A DNA stretch of 64,000 nucleotides from Octopus sinensis (Eukaryota), in assembly GCF_006345805.1 (NCBI RefSeq), contig NC_042998.1, forward strand, positions 52,886,001 to 52,950,000, in the 5' to 3' direction. This document shows, piece by piece, positions 13,108 through 26,175 of this stretch; the stretch's first letter is position 1; the number at the start of each line of letters is the position of its first letter. The notes under the pieces are model-generated. The model saw only the letters and a program-made list of their open reading frames with translations, did not search any database and had not been told where the DNA came from. Position numbers and translations under genes: made by a program.

Positions 13108-14059
13108 ATACCTAGTTTGGATTGTATATTTTGGTCTGAAAAATTTGACTTTTATGTCAGAAAATATGGTAATAACTAACATGTTTATAGTTGTGTCTAG
13201 TGTTGCATTCTATTCCTGTTTGGTTAATTAGAAACTTTCTTACTTTTGGTTTTATGCCAACCTAACTATTCAGATTACTTGTGGTGGTCACACAATGATT
13301 GAACAAGATAGAAACCTAAGTGTGGGTGCAGAATGATACAGTTCAATAACAATAAAAAGTAGAAACTACCACATTTTTTGGTATACAAGTCTAATTTTGC
13401 CGACCAAAATTTACTGTAAAAAAAAAGGTAGGTCAACTTATACACCAAGACAATTTTGGTGGACTAAAAGTGCCACGTGAAATGCAACACAATTTGGAAA
13501 GCTAGTGAAGATGTTTGAAAGCTTACACTGTATACTATGTCAATTAGTATTGAGGAAAATATAGTAAGATAAAATAAGCCTAATTCTGTCATCAAATACT
13601 CTCAAATAGTAGCTCCATAATTATGAATAATTATGAAATATCATGATTTATTACCTACAATTAAATACAATACACATTTTCACATAACAATAGAAAATTA
13701 GGTTATAAATAATCGTCATCCAATTAATTATATTGGCTGACAAGTCAAGATCAATCAATCAGTAAACAGTAACCAGCCACTTTTGTTTATCCCTCACACA
13801 CACACACAACACACAAACGCACACACACACACACACACAACGCATGCACACACGCACACACACATCCTATTATAAATCTGAGTGATGTTTCTCTGTCCAT
13901 TACGTTTTTATGTTCGTTAACTTCTCTTAGATTGTTAGTGCAAGGACAACGAAAATCAAACCAGTAACTTCTCTACTCCCAGGAAATGTCCCACAGGGGT
14001 CTATTTTTTTTAAGGGCTGTAGATAGTTAGATAGATAGATATACATACATACATACACA

Positions 14060-14600
14060 TATCATCATCATTTAATGCCTGTTTTCCATGCTGGCATGGG
14101 TTGGATGATACATACATACATCATCATCATTTAATATCCGCTGTCCATGCTGGCATTGGTTGGACAGTTTGACTGGGCTGGCATGCTGGAAGGCTGCACC
14201 AGGATCCAATCTGATTTGGCAGCGTTTTCTACAGCTGGATGCCCTCCCTAACGCCAACCACTCCGAGAGTGTAATGGGTGCTGTTACCTGCCACTGGCAT
14301 GTGTGCCATTTGCATGACATAGGTATCTGCTATGACTGCGATTTTGCTTGGCTTGATGGGTCTTCTTCTCAAGCACAACATAATGCCAAAGGTCTCGGTC
14401 ATTGTCTCTGTGAAGCCCAACACTCGAAAGGAGTTTAGCCACTTTGCCTCCATGAAGCCTAATGCTCAAAAGGAACTGAGCCACCTCACCTCCATGAAGC
14501 CCATTTGATAGAAACTCAGTGACCTCACCTCCATGAGGTCCAACACTTGAAAGGAATTCTGTCACTTTCCCTCCACGAGGCCCACATTTTAAAACATATA
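14060..14600 (-). mobile_element. RTE-like LINE 3' end (family C) with 42-bp tandem duplications in the ORF terminus
   Basis: Minus ORF contains DRDLWHYVVLEK (RTE C-terminal-like), followed by the family C 3' UTR and a (GAT)n tail. Confidence 0.7.
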
Positions 14601-15092
14601 TGGTGAATATTGGTGAAATGTTGGCACATTAAAAAAAACACTATGTTATATATTCTACCCGAGTTGTACTGATAATCTCTTGTTACTGTCACCATCAGAA
14701 ATGTAGTAAACAAGTGTTTGCTTCTTTGGAAACATGTAACCAACAATACCATTGTTTGCTAAATGCAATAAGATAAAGCAAAATGAAAATGAAAATTTTC
14801 TATTTTTGTTTTGGCAGTCATTTCATTTCCTTTTATTTTATTTGAGTTGAAATGTAAGTTATTAAAGGGAAACGATCATTAAAGCCATCTGCTTGTGCTT
14901 GATAACTGAAGACAATTATATACACTGAGCTATCTTATCGTTGTATATATGTTTTTTCTTTTGTACCTACAATGGTATTATTTCAACAATTAATTTGTAC
15001 AAAGACTGATAAGTTATCAAAGTTCAAACTATGAAATATGAAAAATCTCTGCACAAAAGTTTTGGCTTTTATCTTCATTGTTCTTTATAGCT

Positions 15093-15123
<31 letters not shown>

Positions 15124-15139
15124 ATATACACACACATAT

Positions 15140-15339
15140 ATGTGACCTCGTGTGTACCGTTGGCGATTTTTTTTCCTGTCTTCCCTTCTCTGGATCTTTC
15201 CTTCTCCTATGTTTCCGACAAAGAGCTCCGCTCGAAACGTTAAACCCTCCTTCTTTCCTTCTTTCCAGAGCGTTCAATAATACTATATTTGTTCCACGTC
15301 CTCGCGTTGTTGTGTTTTTTTGTGCTTTCTTGTTTGGAT

Positions 15340-15343
<4 letters not shown>
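15140..15343 (+). mobile_element. Penelope-like pLTR remnant carrying a hammerhead-like motif
   Basis: CpG-rich island in AT-rich DNA containing a minimal hammerhead-like motif and ending directly at (TA)n. PLE origin is inferred from the known PLE-hammerhead association. Confidence 0.5.
15211..15245 (+). ncRNA. Minimal type I hammerhead-like motif, core mutated
   Basis: GTTT-CCGACAA-A-GAGC.TCC.GCTC-GAAA-CG-TT-AAAC. Stem I is 4 bp, stem II is 4 bp, stem III is palindromic ACGT. The core differs from CUGANGA at two positions. Confidence 0.55.
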
Positions 15344-15371
<28 letters not shown>

Positions 15372-15374
<3 letters not shown>

Positions 15375-15785
15375 TTTTAGTTGTTTTAGTTATTTCCCTG
15401 CAGCCATGCTGGAACACCACCTTAAAGGATTTTGGTCAAAGAAATCAACCCTGGTACCTATTTTTTATAAGCACAGCACTTATTCTGTTGGTGTCTTTTG
15501 CTAAACTACTAAGTTATGGAGATGCAAACACACCAGCATTGGTTGTCAAACAATGGCGAAGGGACAAACACAGACACACACACATAAATATTTATATATA
15601 TATATATATATATATAAATTGACAGGCTTCTTTCGGTTTTCGTCTGCCAAATCCACTCACAAGGCTCTGCTTGGCCAGAGACTATAGTAGAAGATGCTTA
15701 GATGCTTACCAAGGTGTCATGCAGTGGGACTGAACCAGGAACTGTGTGGTTGGGAAGCAAGCCTTTTACCACACAGCTATGACTC
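15372..15785 (-). mobile_element. SINE family A
   Basis: Reverse complement of the full structure. Confidence 0.8.
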
Positions 15786-16239
15786 GGCACAGTCATGGCT
15801 TTGTGTTAAGAAGTTTGCTTCCCAACCAAACCTTTGTGAGTAACCTTGGTAGATGGAAACTGAAAGAAACTTTAACCAGAGATGATTTCTTCTGGAAAAA
15901 GAAGAGACAGATGATGAGATGATAGACAGAAGGAAAAGGAAAGAGGAAGAGCATGGGAATTCATCAAGACTGTAAGGAGGAATGGCAAAGTTGACCTCAG
16001 AGTGTAGAGAGCAAGAATGAATACCATAAAGTAATTTGTTGATGCTTTAATTACTTGACCAATTCATTACCACACTATTCTGATTCTACTCTGCTTAATG
16101 TGGACTCTCTTGTTAAAAATGACAAAGATGGGTTGAACAACCTGCACAAATCATTTATTTACAGTGATCAAATGTTTGTGCTTTAAATTAGCTCACTCTC
16201 TCCATAAAATCAACATTGTCTGTTAAGGTGTACAGGTGT

Positions 16240-16385
16240 GCCATACGACATATCAAAGTGATCACTGAGCAACATGAAATGAAGTGTTTTCCTCAAGAAC
16301 ACAACACTCAAACCAATCCAGGAATTGAAACCATGATGTCACAATCATGAGTGCAACATTCTACCCATTGGTCCACATGCCTTCA
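16240..16385 (-). mobile_element. SINE family D, 5' part
   Basis: Reverse complement of gaaggcatgtggaccaatgggtaga...catgattgtga...gttcttgaggaaaacactt. Confidence 0.6.
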
Positions 16386-17009
16386 TTGCTTTGACTATAA
16401 TGTACTGAATATAGATGATCTCAGACATAGGAAAGACTTAAATCCAGGAAATATTCAAGTGAAGTTATAAAACTTCACTTATTTCCTTCATTCCTTCATC
16501 AATTAATTAAATAACTGGCAAAGACTGTTGATATATAATGTCTTTTACTAAATTAAAATTTGAATCAATATTTGATAGCAGACAAAGTCTTCCTATTCTG
16601 TGTTTATTCAATGGTGTATGCCAAAATTTTATACCCTACTGGCCATAATCTTTTTGATGTTGATGATGGCATATCTCTTTCATTTGCCGCCAATGGGTCT
16701 TGGGGTATGTACGCATATGTACGTGTACACATGCATGTGTCTATGTTACTTTTTCCCTACCTTGACATTGCATGATAGTTGTAAGCATCTCCATCATACA
16801 AACCATGTCCTTTCTTTTCAGTTTTCAAAGACTTTACTTGGAAACAGGTAAGGGTTGGTGATAGGAAGGACATCCAGCCATAAAAAAAAATCTGCCTCAA
16901 TAAATTCAATCCAACCCATATGAACAGGGAAAAGTAGATATTAAATGATGGTGATGATGATGATGACAATGATATTTGGGGTACTAGGAGACCAGGGCTA
17001 TATCTTTTA

Positions 17010-17412
17010 TATCTTTTATCTTTTATTTGTTTCAGTTATTAGATTGCAGCCATGCTGGGGCATCGCCTTGAAGAATTTTTAGTCAAATGTATCAACTCCA
17101 GTACTTATTTTCTTGGTTTCGTTTGCCAAACCACCAAGTTATGGGGATGTGAACACACCAGCACCGGTTGTCAAGTGGCATGGAGGGACAAACACAGACA
17201 CACACATACACACACACACACACATGTACACGTATACATAGATACATGTGACAGACTTCTTTCAAATACTGTCTACCAAATCCATTCACAAGGCTTTGCT
17301 CAGCCTGGGGTTATAGTAGAAGAAACTTGCACAAGGTCTCATGCAGAGGGACTGAATCTGGGACAGTGTGGTTTGGATGTAAGTTTCTTACCACACAGCT
17401 ATGCCTGCACCT
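17010..17412 (-). mobile_element. SINE family A
   Basis: Reverse complement of the full structure. Confidence 0.8.
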
Positions 17413-17654
17413 CTGTGTAATAATCTATACTTCTAAGAAGTGTTGCTATCAGCACAGTCAGCATTATTATTACTGCTATTATTTATTAACTGAGAATATA
17501 TTTTAGGACCCCACCTGATGACTAACAGCATGTGAATGCCAGACAGTGTGTTATGAAGGATTTACTACTGTGTATCATGATCCTCAGTAATGTCGATCCC
17601 TGTGTTTGAGAGAAGTTTATAACTTGGAGCAATGCAAGATTTGGCAAACAGAGC

Positions 17655-18150
17655 TGCATGCCATATTTTTGGATATACAGGTCGATGTAAAATGTAGTGC
17701 AAATACATAATGTAAAGATCCAATCATTATCACTATCACTTCAAATCCTGTTGTATTTCACATGGAGTTATTGGTCCACAAAAATTGTCATGGTGTATAA
17801 AGTAACTTATCTTTTGTAAATTTTGGTTTGAAAAATTTGACTTGTGGTTGTCTTGGATATAGATATATACAATCTTGTCTATATAATATTGGGTGCAGAT
17901 ATATATCTTGCATATGTAGTGATGAATGTAGATATAAATTCTGTAAATTCTCATCCTGCATTCACCTCTTGAAACAAACAACACATTTTCCAGCATAAAC
18001 GTCTGTGTAGTGTATGTAGTAAACATGTCACAATCTTTCCAACTCCTGCTGCATTTCACACGAAATTTTTGGTCCACAGAAGTTTTCTGGGTGTATAAAT
18101 TTATCTACCATTTTGGCTGAAAATTTTGGTGTGGAAAATTTGACTTGTGA
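17655..18150. mobile_element. Dispersed repeat, probable non-autonomous Tc1/pogo-type DNA element (copy 2)
   Basis: Homologous to 11930-12335, with internal sub-repeats (ttttggt.tg.aaaatttgacttgtg occurs twice). Confidence 0.5.
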
Positions 18151-18275
18151 GAAAATATTGTGATTTTTGCCATTGTTATTGATAATCTTTCATTTTAGAA
18201 TGAAATAAGTTGTAGTTTTATCTCAATGTACATACAATATCCTACTAATTATCATCATTATATGTTTGACAGAGT

Positions 18276-18612
18276 GAAGGCACATGACTCAGTGGTTAGA
18301 GTGTCAGGCTTATAAGCATGAGGTTGTGAGTTCAATTCTCGGACTGGGCTGTGTGTCGTGTTCTTCAGCAAAACATTTATTTCATGTTGTCCCAATTCAC
18401 TCAGTTGTAGAAATGAGTTGTGATGTCACTGGTACCAAACTGTATCAGCCTTTGCATTTCCCTTGGACAACATTTGTGGCATGAAGATGGGAGACTGGTA
18501 TGCATGGGCGATTGCTGGTCTTCCATAAAGTATCTTGCCCGGACTTGTGCCTCAGAGGGTAACTTTCTAGGTGCGATCTCATGGTCATTCATGACCGGAG
18601 GGGATCTTTACA
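18276..18612 (+). mobile_element. SINE family D, full length (tRNA-like head)
   Basis: gaaggcacatgactcagtggttagag (A box)...gagttcaattc (B box)...catgaccggagggatctttac. Colinear with 60375-60690. Confidence 0.85.
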
Positions 18613-18671
18613 AATGTTTGATAGAAGCAGTCTTCAGATTCTTCTCAGGTACCTTTTGTGCTCTAATATAG

Positions 18672-18712
18672 ATTTGAAAACTGGAACAAAAATCAAGTTG
18701 CAAGAAGATTAG
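18672..18712 (+). CDS. Candidate internal exon of an unidentified gene (FENWNKNQVARRL)
   Basis: Acceptor cttttgtgctctaatatAG, donor TAG|gtaatt, open frame, ends in phase 1 (compatible with 30102). Confidence 0.3.
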
Positions 18713-18949
18713 GTAATTACCCTTTAAATATTGCCATCACTATTTTCTCTGAGACCCACAAAATAGATTTGTTTTTCTTTTGTTTCACCTGTGATTACCC
18801 TAATCTTTCCAACCTAATCTTTTCTCTTTTGTGTTGTAACAAATCTTGTTGCATCTTGTGAGGGTCACCATACCAATAACAACAATTACATACACTGCTT
18901 CAAATTCACCACCCTGCTGCCAGCCAACTGGTGAATCCTCCAACCAAAC

Positions 18950-19040
18950 ATCCTACCAACCAACCAACCAATCAACCAACCAACCAACCAACCAACAGAC
19001 CAACCGACCGACCGACTGACCAACCAACCAAACAACCAAC
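18950..19040. repeat. (CCAA)n/(CCGA)n microsatellite
   Basis: Read directly. Confidence 0.9.
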
Positions 19041-19463
19041 GAACCGTTTGTTTAATCTATTAGTTAAACAATCACTCATTTATTTATCAAAGTTCTTTCA
19101 ATGCCATTCACGATCTCATCAATGATGTACCTTCTTGCCTCCAGGTTTACTTAGAAGACTTGAAGCAGACCTGGAAGCAGATTAATTAGTTGGTCAATCA
19201 GACAACCAGCCAACTGGCCAACAACAAAGGTGTAAATTGATGTATACACTATAAAAAAAAAAAAACAGAAAAAGGTATGACAGCTGAAACATCTTTGACT
19301 AACGGTCTGCTCAATCAATATTGACATAAAGCAACAGCAACAACAAAAATGACAACAAACCTGAGGTAACGATCTTATTCAATTCATAATCTTTTACTCC
19401 ATTTATTTTGAAAGCTACACTGTAATTATGAATTACATATATATATATATGCAGGAGTGGCTA

Positions 19464-19634
19464 GGTGCAGGAGTGGCTGTGTGGTAAGTAGCTTGTTTAC
19501 CAACCATATGGTTCCGGGTTCAGTCCCACTGCATGGCACCATGGGCAAGTGTCTTCTACTATAGCCTTGGGCCGACCAAAGCCTTGTGAGTGGATTTGGT
19601 AGACGGAAACTGAAAGAAGCCCGTCGTATATATG

Positions 19635-19665
<31 letters not shown>

Positions 19666-19880
19666 ATGTTTGTGTGTCTGTGTTAGTCCCCCTAGCATTG
19701 CTTGACAACCGATGCTGGTGTGTTTATGTCCCTGTCACTTAGCGGTTTGGCAAAAGAGACCGATAGAATAAGTATTGGGCTTACAAAGAATAAGTCCCAG
19801 GGTCGAGTTGCTTGATTAAAGGCGGTGCTCCAGCATGGCCGCAGTCAAAATGACTGAAACAAGTAAAAAAAAAAAAAAAA
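19464..19880 (+). mobile_element. SINE family A, young copy
   Basis: Full structure with most CpGs intact. The first 12 nt of the head are duplicated at 19451. Confidence 0.9.
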
Positions 19881-19996
19881 ATATATATATATACACACAC
19901 ACAAGTATGTTGGTGCAAACAGGAAAAATAGAACTCAAAATATGAGTATATGAATATTTTTACATATATATACATGGATATATATACATATAAAGA

Positions 19997-20034
<38 letters not shown>

Positions 20035-20039
<5 letters not shown>

Positions 20040-20250
20040 CTGGTGGCACGCAAAAAGCACCAACCGGTCATGGCCGTGGCCAGCCTCCCCTGGCACCTAT
20101 GCCAGTGGCACGTAAAAAGCACCCACTACACTCACGGAGTGACTGGCGTTAGGGAGGGCATCCAGCTGTAGAAACACTACCAGATCAGACTGGAGGCTGG
20201 TGCAGCCTCCTGGCTTCCTAGTCCCCAGTCAAACGATGATGATGATGATG
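20035..20250 (+). mobile_element. Family C retroposon 3' end
   Basis: ggcacgtaaaaagcacccactacactc...gggagggcatccagctgtagaaac...aaacgatgatgatgatgat. Confidence 0.85.
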
Positions 20251-20277
20251 ATATATATACATATAAAGAGTGTATAT

Positions 20278-20339
<62 letters not shown>

Positions 20340-20449
20340 TTTAACGTCCGTTTTCCATGCTAGCATATATATATAGAGTATGTCACAACTGATAGGGATT
20401 ACTTTAAAACATGACTATTTGTGAATAACAAGCTTTACTTACATTGTGA

Positions 20450-20940
20450 AACTTCTTGATGTATCTGGTAATGATTTATGTGAATGTAGTAGGGTGTAAC
20501 AAACACAATTATGATAAATGCCATATTTCTGTATGACAAAATGTACTTCAGAATATTGGATGGCACACATTACTTAGCACATACTGGTCCACTTCTTAAA
20601 AAATATATAACTTACAACTATATTCAAAAATCAATGAAAAAAGATTGTCCCTCCTTGCCTATAAACGGCAACTTGATATGTACCAGCCTTTTCTCTCTCA
20701 ATAAAAAAAAAAAATGATGAACTTTGAAGTCAATCGCAGGGAAAATCAAAATCGAAATAATTTGTTTGTTGAAAGAATTAATCTTAATAGATCTAAAAGC
20801 ATGCTAGATCATGCATCATGCTCAGTTTACAATAGTCTGCCTGGTGAGATCAAAGCCATTAAAAATATAAATTTGTTTAAGAGAGAACTTGATTGTGCCA
20901 CTGGATACAGAACAGAAATTGGCTAGCTCATTTTTTTCCC
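20450..20940 (+). mobile_element. CR1/L2-clade LINE 3' coding remnant
   Basis: ORF 20714-20926 ends ...SVYNSLPGEIKAIKNINLFKRELD, resembling the WNSLP...SL..FK..L C-terminus of CR1/L2-group ORF2. Confidence 0.55.
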
Positions 20941-22021
20941 TTGTTTTGTTTGTTTAAGGAAAGATCTTGGTCTCCTACAGTATATACATGATAGAGGATT
21001 CATGTTAATTTTCACTTATGGTTGCAAGTCAACATGCTATTTGAAATACTTTAACACTTTTCAGGTCACCATATAATGTCTGATACTATATGTCCACACT
21101 AAATGATATGTCTCATCATGACAGATAGGCTGGGCATCAATGGATCAACATCTTTATAGCCTCATAGCCATAAATAAAAAAGACAGAAAAAAGAATGTCC
21201 TTCACTTGACTAAAACATATTTTCTGATTCAAATCATCAAAGATTAAAAAAGCATCCTATGTACCAGCCAGTAGCATTAAACCAGATAACAATATCAGTT
21301 TACCACCCAAGCAAAACTATAATGGGATTTGAAAGTTCACTGGTGATTTAAATAAATACGTATGCTGAATAAGTGCTATAATTGTCATCCGTAAGGTTCC
21401 AAGTACACATTTGAGGCTGGAACTAGGGATCCATATTAGTCTTTCGAGTTAGCAGATATATACTATATTAGAGGGAAAAGGACAACAAAACCAAGGCAAG
21501 ACAGGTGTCTCAAGTCATTTAGAATATTTAATTATGGTGTGTGTGTGTATACATATATACACACACACACACACATATATATATACATATATACATTAGG
21601 GTGTGGCAAAATAACTTACCATTTCAAAAACTTGAAGACACCTTCTTATTTAATTTAGTGCAAAAACTCAACATGTACAATTTCAGCACAATTGAAGACA
21701 TTTTAAAGGTGCTATTCTATTGATGTGAAAATGTTCTCACAAATGAACATGGGTGATGCAGAAACATTTGACACAATACATGAATAAAGTCTAAAAAATT
21801 TCCATCCACAATTCATTTTTGTTATTACTTTATTTATCCTAAGTTATAAGGAGTTCTACATGTATAACGTTCCCAAAGGATTACTCTGGAAGATGGGAAT
21901 AACAGGTGGTAGCCAACAAGAAGAAAAAGCATTGGAGCTTTTAAGACTGCATTCTAAGGCATTTCCCCCCAAAAATTAAAAGTCTGTCTGTCTGTACACA
22001 CACACACACACATATATATAT

Positions 22022-22420
22022 AGGTGCAGGAGTGGTTGTGTGGTAAGAAGCTTGCTTCCCAACCATTGGTTCAGTCCCACTACATGGCACCTTGGGCGAG
22101 GTCTCCTACTATAGACTCAGGCTGACCTGTGAGTGGATTTGGCAGATGGAAACTGAAAGAAGCCTGTCGTGTATGTATATATATATATGTATGTATGTAT
22201 GTATCTATGGAATATTGTGTATTTGTGTTTGTCCACTTAATATCGCTTGACAACTGATGGTGGTGTGTTTACATCTCTGTAACTTAGGAGCTCAGCAAAA
22301 GAGACCGATAGAATAAGTACTAAGGCTTACAAAGAATAAGTCCTGGGGTCAATTTGTTTGACTAAAGGTGGTGCTCCAGCATGGCCACAGTCAAATGACT
22401 AAAGCAAATAAAAGAATAAA
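22022..22420 (+). mobile_element. SINE family A
   Basis: Full structure. Confidence 0.85.
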
Positions 22421-23065
22421 CATACATGCATTCATACATATAGACCACACTAAATTGTTACCAAATGAATTATTTGCCAAAATCATTAAATTTCTAAAAC
22501 AAAGAAAATCATATCTTAGTTTATGTGTTTTAGTCAGAGAAGGGAGGGTAAAGTATGTAATCTTAAGGCATCTGAGACTGGTGGGAGGAAGACCCTTAAC
22601 CTAACCTAATTACTTTTACGAGAGTGGATCCTGGTTTAGGCACTCAAATGCAAGAGGCGATGTTAAATTAGGTGATGGGTTATATCTACTACCCAAGAAA
22701 AGGACCAATAGAATAAGGGGCCAAGAAAGAGACTGGTAGAATAAGTACTAGGCATAGGAAATAAGTCCTGGGTCGATTGTGCAACTAAAATAACCTTTCA
22801 AGGTGTAGGTCCAGCACAGCCGCAGTCAAATGACTAAAACAAATAAAAAGAAAGAATAAGAGAATAGAAACTATCAAGAAACTTGAAGAAGCTTTCTATG
22901 GATTAAATTTTAATCAAAAGGCTTTAGCTAATGCAAGGCTATGGTAAAAGACATTTTTACCCAAGGTGCCACAGAGTGGAATTGAACTCCAAACTCCTAA
23001 CCAGGTAGTAAGAAAGCAAACTTCTTAACCACAATCTCATTTACATCCATAACAGTTTTCTGGAT

Positions 23066-23475
23066 ATGGGGCTGTGTGGTAAGAAGCTTGCTTCCCAACC
23101 ATATGGTTCCGTGTTCAGTCGCACTGCATGGCACCTTGGGCAAGTGTCTTCTACTAATGCTTCAGGCTGACCAAAGCCTTGTGAGTGGATTTGGTAGGTG
23201 GAAACTGAACGAAGCCTGTCATATATATATTTATATATATATGTTTATATACAAGTGTGTGTCTTTGTGTCTGTGTTCGTCCCTCCCATCACTGCTTTGA
23301 CGACTGGTGCTGGTGTGTTTACATCCCTGTAACTTAGCAGCTCCCCAAAAGAGTCTGATAAAATAATTACTAGGCTTACAAAATAAGTCCCAGGGTCAAT
23401 TGTTTGACTAAAAAACCCTTCAAGGTAGAGCTCCAGCATAGCCACACTCAGATGATTAAAACAAGTAGAATAAAA
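23066..23475 (+). mobile_element. SINE family A
   Basis: Full structure, immediately followed by a family B copy. Confidence 0.8.
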
Positions 23476-23690
23476 GGTGGTGAGCTGGCAGAATTGTTAG
23501 CATGCCTGGCAAAATGCTTAGCGTTATTTCGTCTGCCATTATGTTCTGAGTTCAAATTCCGCTGAGGTCGACTTTGCCTTTCATCCTTTTGGGGTCGATA
23601 AATTAAGTACCAGTTACACATTGGGGTCGATGTAATCGACTTAATCCCTTTGTCTCCACTATGGGCAATAAAGAAATAAGAATAAAAGAA
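23476..23690 (+). mobile_element. SINE family B
   Basis: gagctggcagaattgttagc...gagttcaaattccgctgaggtcgactttgcctttcatcc...gggcaataaagaaata. Confidence 0.85.
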
Positions 23691-23994
23691 TAAAAACTAA
23701 AGTCCAAATTTTCTGAATTATAAACCGTTTAAATAAGTGGAAATTTCATATTAATGTTTAGAAAGCTGATACATAAAATCCCAACAGAGTCCGTTATTAA
23801 TAGCTGCATGAACAGTGAATACATTAAGATTGTACATTGAAGTAAATGTTTTGAAACATGGCTGATTAATAACTATTTATAAAATATTGTTTTCAGAAAG
23901 CTGTAAATTATTAGCTTAGAATCATCAATTATTATATCCTTATTTGCTTGCTTACAAACATGGTTTATGTAAACTGAAAATTTAGATATGAAAA

Positions 23995-24037
23995 AATGTT
24001 AAATATATACATATACATACATACACATATATATACC

Positions 24038-24093
<56 letters not shown>

Positions 24094-24180
24094 CATATAT
24101 ATATACATATATATATACATACATATATACATACATATACATACATATATACATACATATACATATATATATATATCCCT
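23995..24180. repeat. Compound (TA)n/(TACA)n microsatellite
   Basis: Read directly. It generates the YIYI ORFs in the track. Confidence 0.95.
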
Positions 24181-24264
24181 CTCTCTCTTTCGGAGAGGCA
24201 CTGAGCACCTACACACACATATACACACATGGCAGTAACTTCCGCCTATATAATATATATATAT

Positions 24265-24550
24265 TGGCCGAACATGGCCAATGCCAGCGCCGCCTTGACT
24301 GGCTTCTGTGCCGGTGGCACCAACCAATTGTGGCCATTGCCAGCCTCACCTGGCACCTGTGCCGGTGGCACGTAAAAAATACCCACTACACTCATGGAGT
24401 GGTTGGCATTAGGAAGGGCATCCAGCTGTAGAAACACTGCCAGATCAGACTGGAGCCTGGTGCAGCACCTCTGGCACCAATCCTCAGTCAAACCGTCCAA
24501 CCCATACCAGCATGGAAAGCGGACATTAAACTATGATGATGGTGATGATT
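24265..24550 (+). mobile_element. Family C retroposon 3' end
   Basis: gtgccggtggcac sub-repeats, ggaagggcatccagctgtagaaac core, (GAT)n tail. Confidence 0.85.
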
Positions 24551-24599
24551 TATACATACATACATACATACATATATTTATATACAAATGAATAAAGAC

Positions 24600-24637
<38 letters not shown>

Positions 24638-25129
24638 CAAATGCACATATATATATTATATATGTATATACACACACATACACGCACACTCAGACACACA
24701 CACACACAAGCTGTTTATTTGCTTTATTATCAACATAACTATCATGCTCAACATAATCATTAATATAGGTGAATATTAAGCAAAATTAAAAGCAATGCAT
24801 CAGTAAAGAAATGATTCTCACCCATGCATTATAATCTATCTTATTTTCTTGTCTTTTGTCACTTCTGTCATTTAGCATAAATTGATTGAATGCTTGCATT
24901 TACATATTTCGCATGTCCTTGAAAAAAAAAGTCTTCATTCTGTGAATTTGGATAGGTTTCCTTTATCTGATGAGTAAATTGATGTATCACTTGATTTGTT
25001 AAAAATCCAACCTTAATATCTTTTTAAAAGAAAGATTATGACTCAGAGGTGACTCAGGACACAAAAAGAATGACTGATGCAAAATATGTGCTTAAGAAGA
25101 AATATAAGGCATATATAATATAGTAGAAT

Positions 25130-25560
25130 TCGTAGTAATATTCTCTTGGTTGTGATGAAAATAAAGCCTTCTTCCCTCTTATACAATCCTATTTCACACG
25201 CTAGCTATTCCTATCAAATGTCTCTCATTTTGTCTGAGAAGTTCAGCATCTTCATATATTACCTAGCTACTTCCTCCTACTTCTTGAGTCAGGAATACTG
25301 ATCTTCCTAAATGCATAATTACTTCATGATTCTTTCCTCACTACTTTGGTCAAGTATGAGGAGGCTGTGTTTCACAGATTAAGTCATGATATCAAAATAG
25401 TCTAGGGTTGCCTTCTAAACTAGTAAGAACAACATCAGATATTGGCTCAGGTTTTTATGCACTACCGAATTATATTTCTAGTAAGGTTTTTTTTATGTTC
25501 CCTACTCCAGTGAAGGTAGGACATTTAAGGTGTAGCTTCTTTTCTCAAACTGCCTGAGAT
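25130..25560 (-). mobile_element. Very degenerate LINE (RTE-like) RT fragment
   Basis: Purine-rich minus strand with a weak GG..I.N.RYADD-like stretch. Confidence 0.3.
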
Positions 25561-25715
25561 TCTGCTGCATCTGTTATGTACATACTATTTGCATATACAT
25601 GAGTGCTCTCTCTCTCTCTCTATATATATATATAAAGGGTTAAACGATGATGATGATGATGATGTATATATATGTATGTATATGTGTGCGTGTGTGTATG
25701 TGTATATATATATTT

Positions 25716-25950
25716 TTTGATTTGTTTCAGTCATTTGGCTGCGGCCATGCTGGAGCACCTTCTTAAAGGGTTCTTTTAGTCAAATAAATCATTCCCAGAA
25801 CTTATTCTTTGTAAGCCTAACACTTCTTTGCTGTACTGCTAAGTTATGGGGACATAAACACACCAACATCGGTTGTTAAGCGAGGGTGAGGGACAAACAC
25901 AGACACAAAGACACATGCATAAATACATACATACGTACGTACATACATAA

Positions 25951-25984
<34 letters not shown>

Positions 25985-26175
25985 ATATATGTGTGGTGTG
26001 TGTGTGTGTGTATATGTCTATGACAGGCTTCTCTCAGTTTCTGTCTACAAGATCCACTCACAAGTCTTTGAGTGGCCTGAGGCTATAGCAGAAGACACTT
26101 GCCCAAGGTGCAATGTGATTGTGCTGAATTCGGAACCATGTGGCTAGGAAGCAAGCCTCTTACCATACCACTCCT
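25716..26175 (-). mobile_element. SINE family A
   Basis: Reverse complement of the full structure. Confidence 0.8.

Noticed and set aside
13864-14030. Helitron-like 5' end (A|TCCTATTATAAAT)
   Set aside because: No CTRR 3' terminus or subterminal hairpin found.
14072-14453. Recurring ORFs with [11 protein letters not shown] / [12 protein letters not shown] (also at 19950, 24246, 40351, 46572)
   Set aside because: Incidental frames across the family C retroposon 3' UTR.
18276-18350. tRNA-like sequences with A/B boxes (also at 41422, 48575, 50105, 60375)
   Set aside because: No complete cloverleaf or acceptor stem. They continue into SINE bodies, so they are SINE heads.
21596-21800. Possible Tc1/mariner MITE end (agggtgtggcaaaataac)
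   Set aside because: No matching second TIR found.
23982-24327. ORFs rich in YI/CV/HT dipeptides here and at 38316, 49047, 52383-54044, 55775 and elsewhere
   Set aside because: They are translations of (TA)n, (TG)n and (CA)n microsatellites, not genes.
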